From Candidatus Thorarchaeota archaeon (GTDB lineage: Archaea > Asgardarchaeota > Thorarchaeia > Thorarchaeales > Thorarchaeaceae), in the NCBI GenBank assembly GCA_048882485.1, contig JBHLRP010000070.1, forward strand, positions 1 to 13,060: 13,060 bases of DNA. The letters run 5' to 3'. Each line of letters opens with the position of its first letter. The first letter of the stretch is position 1. Position numbers and translations under genes: made by a program. The notes below the pieces were generated by a model. That model saw nothing but the letters and a program-made list of their open reading frames with translations. It was not told the origin of the DNA and ran no database searches. Shown one piece after another: positions 1-6,186 of the stretch.

Positions 1-486
1 ATCATAGCTTGTTGGAATACACTTCTCAAGACCAACAGGTGCAATCACTGTGATGTTTCTGGCCATTGCAGGCCCCATGAAAGTGCCTACTGTTCCACCG
101 GTTCTACTTGCCAGCAAGACAATCGGTATGTAGTCCGAACCAATTGCATTAGCACTCTTGATAATCACGTCGCCAGGACCCATTTGATCCAAGACATCAA
201 TCACTTTTTTCCCCTCAATCCGTTTCCCCTTGAGAAAGATAGCGTCAGGAAAACGTTTCTCACCTTCAGTGACCGCCAGACCTTTTGCAACAGTTAGTCC
301 TGCAATATGCCTGGTCTTGTCGTACTCTCCCAGTATCTCTTCAACGAGGTATGCTGAAGTGGTTCCCATTGTTATGCAGAGATATCCGTTCTTCCAAGCC
401 TGTTGGACAGATTCGGTCTTCAATAGTCCTTTAGCAATTAGTCTCTTGCTCTCTGCTACCGTGAGCGTGACAAGAAGCTTCTTCAT
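1..486 (-). CDS. Conserved hypothetical protein, 3'-truncated by the window edge; possibly NagB/RpiA/CoA-transferase-like (ISOCOT) fold
   Basis: Not in the ORF track. Hand translation from ATG at 486 is open for 162 codons to the edge: MKKLLVTLTVAESKRLIAKGLL...CITMGTTSAYLVEEILG...GPGDVIIKSANAIG...TGGTVG...IAPVGLEKCIPTSYD. The motifs LTVAESKRLIAK, GTT-AY, GDVxIKxANA, GGTxG and PVGLEK match an uncharacterised family I recall from anaerobic bacteria and archaea. The fold call is inference. Confidence 0.85.
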   Translation of the reverse strand, partial: MKKLLVTLTVAESKRLIAKGLLKTESVQQAWKNGYLCITMGTTSAYLVEEILGEYDKTRHIAGLTVAKGLAVTEGEKRFPDAIFLKGKRIEGKKVIDVLDQMGPGDVIIKSANAIGSDYIPIVLLASRTGGTVGTFMGPAMARNITVIAPVGLEKCIPTSYD

Positions 487-518
487 CTCAACTCATCTCT
501 TTCTGTCAATGCTCCCTG

Positions 519-524
519 ATTAAA
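519..524 (-). promoter_or_regulatory. Candidate archaeal TATA box for the 1-486 gene
   Basis: TTTAAT on the minus strand, 33-38 nt upstream of ATG 486, in the 58-bp gap after the dehydrogenase gene. Confidence 0.3.
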
Positions 525-544
525 CACTTTGGTTCGATTTGAAG

Positions 545-1846
545 CTAGATACTAAGACCAACATACTTCCTGACACGATTCTTGAATTCCTGTGCGACTC
601 CTGGAGGGTCAACAAACACTATCCCGCTCAAATCCTTCTCCTCGAGCTCCTTCAGAAGTAAATCGTGTGCTGCTCCCAGTACCACGATGTCACAGGACTG
701 CAGAACCTCCTCAATAGAATCGACCTTTCTATCACCGACCTTCTGCTCAACAAGTGGATCATAGACAACCACTTCGATTCCTGTTGACCAAAGGAGATTG
801 ATGAGTTCCAATGATGGACTGTTTCTCGTGTCTGACACATTTGGCTTGAAGCTCACTCCCAGAATTCCAACGGTAGATTTCAGCGAGAGGTCCAGAACCA
901 GTTCCCGAATTCTTTTTGACACATGAGCCGGCATTGAGTCATTGACTTGCCGAGCTGCAGGTATAAGGGCTCCCTCACCGTTGAGCGGACGCACAGACTC
1001 AACAAGAATCCATCCATCTTTCGGAAGACAGTAGCCTCCTACACCGAGTGATGGATTGAGGATGTCGACTCTTGGATGCAGATTTGCCAGTTCGATGACT
1101 TCCCTTACATCTATCGAAAGAGCCGTACAGAGCTTTGCCAGTTCATTAGCGTAGGCAATTCCGACGTCTCTGAATGCATTCTCAGCCAATTTCGCAGCCT
1201 CTGACACTCTTGCCTTCGTAGGATGAATTAATTCAGGATTGAAGACGGTCTTCAGAAATGCAACTGCAAGATCTGTCGATAGCTTTGATACTCCTCCTGC
1301 CAATCGATGATTGGTATCCATTTCCTTCACGACATGACCTGGAAGTACTCTTTCTGGACAATGGGCGAACCAAAAGTTCTCGTCCGGAGTTTTTCCACTT
1401 TTTTCATTGAATAGACTCGATAGACGTTCTGTCGTGCCAACAGGGACTGTACTCTCTACAATCACAAGGCAATCGCTTATGGCTTTGGATGCTAAATCTG
1501 CAACCGAATTTTCAAGGTACCTTGTGACAGGCTTGTTATTCTCATCTATAGGGCTGGGTAGACAGAGCACAAAGACATCGGTCTCTGCGATGTTATCGTA
1601 GGAAGTGTCTAAGGCAATGTCTGAAAGATGTTTTTCAGCAATCTGCTGTAGGCCATCTTCCTTCATCCGGATTTTTCCCATTCTAAGCTCGGCCACTAGT
1701 TCCTCATTCGTATCTATGCCAGTTATGGCCAGTCCGCTTCTCTTGTAGAAGAGTGCAGTAGGAAGTCCGATATAGCCGAGTCCTATTATCGAAACTTTCG
1801 CTTCCTTACTCTCAATTTTGCTTAGGAGCTTCTTGTGCCCGCTCAA
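545..1846 (-). CDS. wecC: UDP-N-acetylhexosamine 6-dehydrogenase (UDP-glucose/GDP-mannose dehydrogenase family, WecC/WbpA-like)
   Basis: Rossmann motif IIGLGYIGLP, then ESTVPVGTT, CPERVLPG, AKLAENAFRDVGIAYANE (catalytic Lys), GVGGYCLPKD (catalytic Cys) and GVSFKPNVSDTRNSP. TTG start with GGAGG upstream. The substrate (ManNAc, GlcNAc or GalNAc) cannot be resolved from sequence. Confidence 0.9.
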   Translation of the reverse strand: MSGHKKLLSKIESKEAKVSIIGLGYIGLPTALFYKRSGLAITGIDTNEELVAELRMGKIRMKEDGLQQIAEKHLSDIALDTSYDNIAETDVFVLCLPSPIDENNKPVTRYLENSVADLASKAISDCLVIVESTVPVGTTERLSSLFNEKSGKTPDENFWFAHCPERVLPGHVVKEMDTNHRLAGGVSKLSTDLAVAFLKTVFNPELIHPTKARVSEAAKLAENAFRDVGIAYANELAKLCTALSIDVREVIELANLHPRVDILNPSLGVGGYCLPKDGWILVESVRPLNGEGALIPAARQVNDSMPAHVSKRIRELVLDLSLKSTVGILGVSFKPNVSDTRNSPSLELINLLWSTGIEVVVYDPLVEQKVGDRKVDSIEEVLQSCDIVVLGAAHDLLLKELEEKDLSGIVFVDPPGVAQEFKNRVRKYVGLSI

Positions 1847-1855
1847 ATGGATTTG

Positions 1856-1860
1856 CCTCC
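1856..1860 (-). promoter_or_regulatory. Shine-Dalgarno-like GGAGG for the dehydrogenase TTG start
   Basis: cctcc at 1856-1860 reads GGAGG on the minus strand, with a 9-nt spacer to TTG at 1846. A TATA-like TTTTAA lies at 1891-1896 on the minus strand. Confidence 0.5.
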
Positions 1861-1903
1861 TCTATTCCTCCAAGGCACCTGTCCATGTCCTTAAAAGTTG
1901 CCT

Positions 1904-2920
1904 ATGGGAAAAGAACTGAGTTGGCAGTTTCATATTCCCAACGGGCGGCTAGAAAACATGTTGAATCTCACAGGAAATGAGATTGAAGATCTCATTCGGA
2001 GGGTGATTTCCTATGGTCCACCACAATGGGTGTCTCGGGACGATCCCACAAGACGCTTGGAAGTTCTTGGTTCTCTGTTTCAAAACGGTCCTTTGTTTGA
2101 AGCGAGAGCCATCCAAGTTGCAGCAGGACGCCTGGGATGCAGAACTGTGGATTTGGGCTGGAATCATGCTCAAAGAATGTCAACTGAATCACTTCAAACA
2201 GAGGTTAATATGTTCAATAAGGCGGTCGATGTGCTTCTGACTGCATTTGTCGACATGGATACGTTCGGTGCAGGCCGCCGTGTAGTAGAGCAGCTTGGCG
2301 CGTTTTCAAGAGTTCCACTTATCAGCCTATCAGATGACATCTATGCCTCTCAATCAGCTCTAGCTGTGACTTCTGCATTATGGGAACATCTAGGAGATCT
2401 AAAGGGGAAGAACATCGCGGTTTCCTGGGGATTTGGCTCAAATCACGTTTTGCCTTCTGCCGCTCACAGTCTGTGTCTATTGGGTGCATCTCTAGGAGCA
2501 AACATCAGAGTAGTTTCCCCGAGTGACTTTTCTCTATTGAATCGAGTCCTTCGAGACGCTCAAGACCGCGCCAAGACTGCTGGTGGAACCTTCGAAGAGT
2601 GTCATGATTTCGATTCCTTTCATGATGTCGATGCAGTATATGCGATGAATTGGTGTCGATTAGATGACTTCAATCGGCCACAGAGGAATTCTGAATACGC
2701 ATCTAAACACCGAGATTGGCATTTCACCAAGGATGTTTTGCCTCAGAGAGCCCTTTTTGTCACAAGACCGCCTATCCAGACAGAGCTCCTTGCAGGCCGC
2801 GCGTTGATAGATGGTGAGAATAACCTCACTAGCGATTTATTCGCCTGGACCGTGCAGGCGCTTCTGGCATCTATCTCATATGTAATCGATGAAGACGCAC
2901 AGCATTCTGTATTGCTCTAG
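1904..2920 (+). CDS. Aspartate/ornithine carbamoyltransferase-fold protein (YgeW/ArgF'-like), catalytic motifs apparently degenerate
   Basis: Scaffold motifs appear in the expected order: NLTGNEIEDLI, IQVAAGRLG, ESLQTEVNMFNKAVD, SRVPLISL, LKGKNIAVSW, LGANIRVVSPSDF, DVDAVYAMNW, KHRDW, LIDG. STRT, HPxQ, HCLP and AENR are absent. ATG 1904 is preferred over TTG 1898 or ATG 1958 because GRLENMLNLT resembles the usual GRDFLxLxD N-terminus. Confidence 0.8.
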   Translation: MGKELSWQFHIPNGRLENMLNLTGNEIEDLIRRVISYGPPQWVSRDDPTRRLEVLGSLFQNGPLFEARAIQVAAGRLGCRTVDLGWNHAQRMSTESLQTEVNMFNKAVDVLLTAFVDMDTFGAGRRVVEQLGAFSRVPLISLSDDIYASQSALAVTSALWEHLGDLKGKNIAVSWGFGSNHVLPSAAHSLCLLGASLGANIRVVSPSDFSLLNRVLRDAQDRAKTAGGTFEECHDFDSFHDVDAVYAMNWCRLDDFNRPQRNSEYASKHRDWHFTKDVLPQRALFVTRPPIQTELLAGRALIDGENNLTSDLFAWTVQALLASISYVIDEDAQHSVLL

Positions 2921-2947
2921 AATCCGCCATCATGGAATCAACAGACC

Positions 2948-2953
2948 TTTTAT
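2948..2953 (+). promoter_or_regulatory. Candidate TATA box upstream of the radical SAM gene
   Basis: TTTTAT 28-33 nt upstream of ATG 2981 with no obvious SD, consistent with a leaderless or short-leader archaeal transcript. Confidence 0.35.
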
Positions 2954-2980
2954 CATGAATCGCTATTGTGCTCCAAGACA

Positions 2981-4084
2981 ATGTGGAAGATTTATCGGCC
3001 CGACTCCATTCGGGTGTGGAAAGACGCAGAAGTAGTTCGTCGACTAAGAAGATACAGGCATATCATAGATCAAGAGCGATATGCCAAGTTCCTGCTTGCA
3101 AAAGATGTCATCACCAACCTACCTCTTGATTCTCCCCTAGGTGAGCTTTGGAAGGAGCACAAGGTGCTTTCAACCAAGCACTCTGAATATGTGAAACAGG
3201 TTGACTCTGGAGATCAGCGTAGTGTTGAAGTTCTGCCCAGTGAGCGGTCATTTCTTGATCTCAAAATTGAACTTGCAAACCGAATTCTTCAGGACTGCCA
3301 TTTCTGTGAACGGAAATGCGGAGCAGATCGCACTATGGATGACAAAGGTTGGTGCAAGCTAGGCAGCGAGTCTCGGGTTTCATCTGCTTTTCTCCATTCT
3401 GGCGAAGAAGCGCCTTTAGTTCCCAGCGGCACCATATTCTTCGCATCTTGCTGCTTTGGTTGTGTCTTTTGCCAGAACGAAGATATCTCCACGAATCCAA
3501 ACTCGGGTCAAGTCATAAGCACAAAAGAATTAGCAATCCTTGCTGATACATTGTTCAGAGATGGAGCTTTGAACATCAATTACGTTGGCGGAGACCCAAT
3601 ACCCAATACCCATACAATACTAGGTTCAATGGAGCATCAGACATCCAATGTGACTCAACTATGGAACTCCAACCTCTACTGTTCCGAGGAAACTATGAAA
3701 CTTCTTGCGGATGTATTTGATGTCTGGCTACCTGACTTCAAGTATGGCAATAATGAATGTGCAGAGAGACTATCCGGTGTCAAGAATTACTTCGATGTGG
3801 TTTCACGTAATCATTCAATGGCCTATCAGTATGGAGAGGTGATAGTCCGCCATCTCGTTATGCCTAATCACATTGAGTGCTGCACATTTCCCATTCTCGA
3901 ATGGATTTCTGAGAATTTGCCAGACTGTATGGTGAATATCATGGGTCAGTATCGACCTGAGCACAGAGTTCGAAGGGAGCGAGATAAATTTCCCGAGATA
4001 TCACGAAGAGTAAGTCGAGAGGAGATGCAGATTGCTCAGGCTAAAGCAGATGCCCTTGGTATCTGCTGGAGACCAGTGAGCTAG
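2981..4084 (+). CDS. pflX: Radical SAM protein, PflX-like (pyruvate-formate-lyase activating enzyme-related, COG1313)
   Basis: CX3CX2C motif CCFGCVFCQN, N-terminal CHFCERKCGADR...GWC, HSGEEAPLVPSGTIFF, NINYVGGDP, WNSN, WLPDFKYGN, VIVRHLVMPNH and NIMGQYRP. The extension MWKIYRPD...AKFLLAK is typical of archaeal members. ATG 2981 is preferred over TTG 2966. Confidence 0.88.
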   Translation: MWKIYRPDSIRVWKDAEVVRRLRRYRHIIDQERYAKFLLAKDVITNLPLDSPLGELWKEHKVLSTKHSEYVKQVDSGDQRSVEVLPSERSFLDLKIELANRILQDCHFCERKCGADRTMDDKGWCKLGSESRVSSAFLHSGEEAPLVPSGTIFFASCCFGCVFCQNEDISTNPNSGQVISTKELAILADTLFRDGALNINYVGGDPIPNTHTILGSMEHQTSNVTQLWNSNLYCSEETMKLLADVFDVWLPDFKYGNNECAERLSGVKNYFDVVSRNHSMAYQYGEVIVRHLVMPNHIECCTFPILEWISENLPDCMVNIMGQYRPEHRVRRERDKFPEISRRVSREEMQIAQAKADALGICWRPVS

Positions 4085-4140
4085 AACTCCATGCGTCATG
4101 TCACAAAATTCTAAAGAATGGCCTTTGTTCCCTCTCTAAC

Positions 4141-4371
4141 ATGTGTCTTGCAGTTCCTGGCCTAGTTGAGAGCATCGATGAGGACTATGCAGAAGTAGAC
4201 TTCGGAGGTGTTCGAAAGAGGGTATGCATTGCGCTACTTCCAGGACTGAAGACTGGCGAATATGTCATTGTCCATACTGGGTATGCCATTGAGCGATTGA
4301 AACCGGAAGAGGCCAAGAAGCGTCTTGAACTGTGGGAAGAGATGGCTCAGATGGCTGATGATACTGAATAG
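4141..4371 (+). CDS. hypC: [NiFe]-hydrogenase maturation chaperone HypC/HybG/HupF
   Basis: 76 aa with the diagnostic N-terminus MCLAVPG (Cys2), AEVDFGGV and GEYVIVHTGYAI (conserved His). Confidence 0.96.
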   Translation: MCLAVPGLVESIDEDYAEVDFGGVRKRVCIALLPGLKTGEYVIVHTGYAIERLKPEEAKKRLELWEEMAQMADDTE

Positions 4372-4434
4372 GGCGCGTAGCCAGACCTTCAGAAAATGCT
4401 ATCAAGTCATTCACTGATGGCTCGTTCGAGCACA

Positions 4435-5292
4435 ATGACAGACACACTTGAATCAATTATGGCTGAGCTAAAGTTTCGTATCAACACTGAGGACACAGTC
4501 ACAAAGATATCTCAGGACGAGATTGAGTCTCTAATTCCCAATACCGTTGTTGTCATGCCTGCCGGAGGGAAGGGCACCAGAATACGTGCGGAGACTCAGA
4601 GCGAGGGCATAAACAAGGTGATGATCAGCATTGATGGAACGGAGAGCATGATAGAGAAGGCAATCAGTGATTATGCCTCCATTGGGATTTCCAAGTTTGT
4701 TGTGCTTACGGGGTTTCTCGCTGAAGAGGTTGAAGAGCATCTTGGAGATGGTGCTAGATGGGATGTTGAGATTCTCTACTCTCAGGATCCTGAAGGAAGA
4801 AAGGTCGGAAATGCAGGAGCCATTCTAAATGCTCTCAATAACGGCACAATCGATGATTCGTTGACTGCAATTGTACACAATCCTGATGACATGATTGTCG
4901 GCCTCAGTCGTCCATACGGAAGGATTTTCCTAGAGGGTCACTTGAAGGGCAGAAAGAATGGATGCATTAGCACTTTTGTGGTTGTACCTGAAACGCCATT
5001 CCAGTATTCAGGCATGATAATAAGCAAGGGTAGAGTATCAGATATCGCAAAATATCCACCAATTGCTATTCCAGCACACACTGGTATAACACTCTTTGAC
5101 CCGGAAGTTTATGACTACTTTAGACGATTTGTTTCACTTGAGAAGGAAACCTCTTTCGAGAACGTTATCAGTCCCGTATTGGCAAAAGAGGGGAAACTCT
5201 ACGCCGTCAACGTTCCATCTGAATGCTGGATTCCCGTAAATGATTTGAAGGGTATCGAAAGAGCAAAGATGGCTCTGTGCAATTCCAATTGA
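4435..5292 (+). CDS. Sugar-phosphate nucleotidyltransferase (NTP_transferase family), divergent, without a hexapeptide C-terminal domain
   Basis: VVMPAGGKGTRIR...NKVM (GGxGTR...K motif), VVLTGFLAEEVEEHLGDGARWDVEILYSQD, GNAGAI, HTGITLFDP, SFENVISPVLA and WIPVND. The start is uncertain: in-frame ATGs at 4396, 4417, 4435 and 4459. Confidence 0.85.
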   Translation: MTDTLESIMAELKFRINTEDTVTKISQDEIESLIPNTVVVMPAGGKGTRIRAETQSEGINKVMISIDGTESMIEKAISDYASIGISKFVVLTGFLAEEVEEHLGDGARWDVEILYSQDPEGRKVGNAGAILNALNNGTIDDSLTAIVHNPDDMIVGLSRPYGRIFLEGHLKGRKNGCISTFVVVPETPFQYSGMIISKGRVSDIAKYPPIAIPAHTGITLFDPEVYDYFRRFVSLEKETSFENVISPVLAKEGKLYAVNVPSECWIPVNDLKGIERAKMALCNSN

Positions 5293-5400
5293 TTTATCAG
5301 CATCAGTTCTCTCCAACATCATTCCAGAACCTTCTAATACTCGACACACTCAGAGAATCCATCTGGTGCGGACCGTTTCTCTTGAGGGGCGCTTTCATCC

Positions 5401-6177
5401 ATGAAGACGGTGATTATACCTACGCTCAATGAAGAGGAAAACATTGGGCGTCTTATACCTGCCATCTACGATTACTTGGGTGAAAAAGGTGTTACAGTGG
5501 TCGTCGTTGATGATGCGAGTGAAGACCGTACCTGCGAAGTCGCCGAGAAGCTAGGCGAAGAATACAGTATCAAGCTCCTTGAACGCAGAGGTCAGCGTGG
5601 AATATCTAGTGCCGTCCGATGGGCTTCGGAAAAGGCTGGAAATGGACATGTTGCTGTGATGGATGCAGACTGGTCACACCATCCGATGTATCTCCCTATG
5701 CTGTTCAAGAAGATTGAACTAGGCTACGATATCGTTGTAGGCTCAAGATACGTGTCTGGAGGAGGTGTCGATGGTTGGCCGAGTTACAGGCATTTTCTCA
5801 GTCTAGGTGCCACTGTGCTTGCCAAAGCGCTATTCCGGTTTCCAATACGAGATCCTATGAGCGGCTACGCCGCGTTCAAATCAAGTCAGCTATTAATTGA
5901 TGGTATTGCAGATTCAGAATCCAAATTTCTGATTGATGTTCTAGCATCGAACAATCATCTTCGAATTGTTGAGATTCCAATAGTATTCCGAAATCGCAAA
6001 CTGGGATCTAGTAAATTAACAGGCGTCACACTCATAGGATACCTCAATCAGATTCTGTCCCAATATCTTCAACGCAAAAAAAGGAGGGCGTGGATGAATA
6101 GACCATCTTCGTTGGCTATTCCAGTTGAGCCGGTACATTTTGCATCCCTTCACCAAACTGATATAACAAATCAATGA
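5401..6177 (+). CDS. GT2 polyprenol/dolichol-phosphate mannose synthase-like glycosyltransferase (Dpm1/Ppm1-like)
   Basis: IIPTLNEEENI, VVVDDASEDRT, VMDADWSHHP (DxD), VVGSRYVSGG, RDPMSGY and EIPIVFRNRKLGSSKL. No C-terminal transmembrane segment. Confidence 0.9.
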   Translation: MKTVIIPTLNEEENIGRLIPAIYDYLGEKGVTVVVVDDASEDRTCEVAEKLGEEYSIKLLERRGQRGISSAVRWASEKAGNGHVAVMDADWSHHPMYLPMLFKKIELGYDIVVGSRYVSGGGVDGWPSYRHFLSLGATVLAKALFRFPIRDPMSGYAAFKSSQLLIDGIADSESKFLIDVLASNNHLRIVEIPIVFRNRKLGSSKLTGVTLIGYLNQILSQYLQRKKRRAWMNRPSSLAIPVEPVHFASLHQTDITNQ

Positions 6178-6186
6178 TGCTACGCA

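Noticed and set aside
488-496. ATG-AGT-TGA just upstream of the 486 start (possible selenocysteine readthrough or uORF)
   Set aside because: It is out of frame with the CDS (10-nt offset) and no SECIS-like element was recognised. No gene in the window needs an in-frame TGA.
230-523. 97-aa plus-strand ORF
   Set aside because: Antisense shadow of the minus-strand gene at 1-486, which carries recognisable family motifs.
1904-2920. Calling the gene argF/pyrB, or a pseudogene
   Set aside because: The catalytic motifs are absent, so an enzyme name is unsupported. The ORF is full length without stops or frameshifts, so pseudogene is unsupported too.
5293-5400. 108-bp gap as a possible ncRNA, terminator or island boundary
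   Set aside because: Only a weak GAGAA/TTCTC pairing is present, with no tRNA fold, att-like repeat, integrase or clear T-tract.
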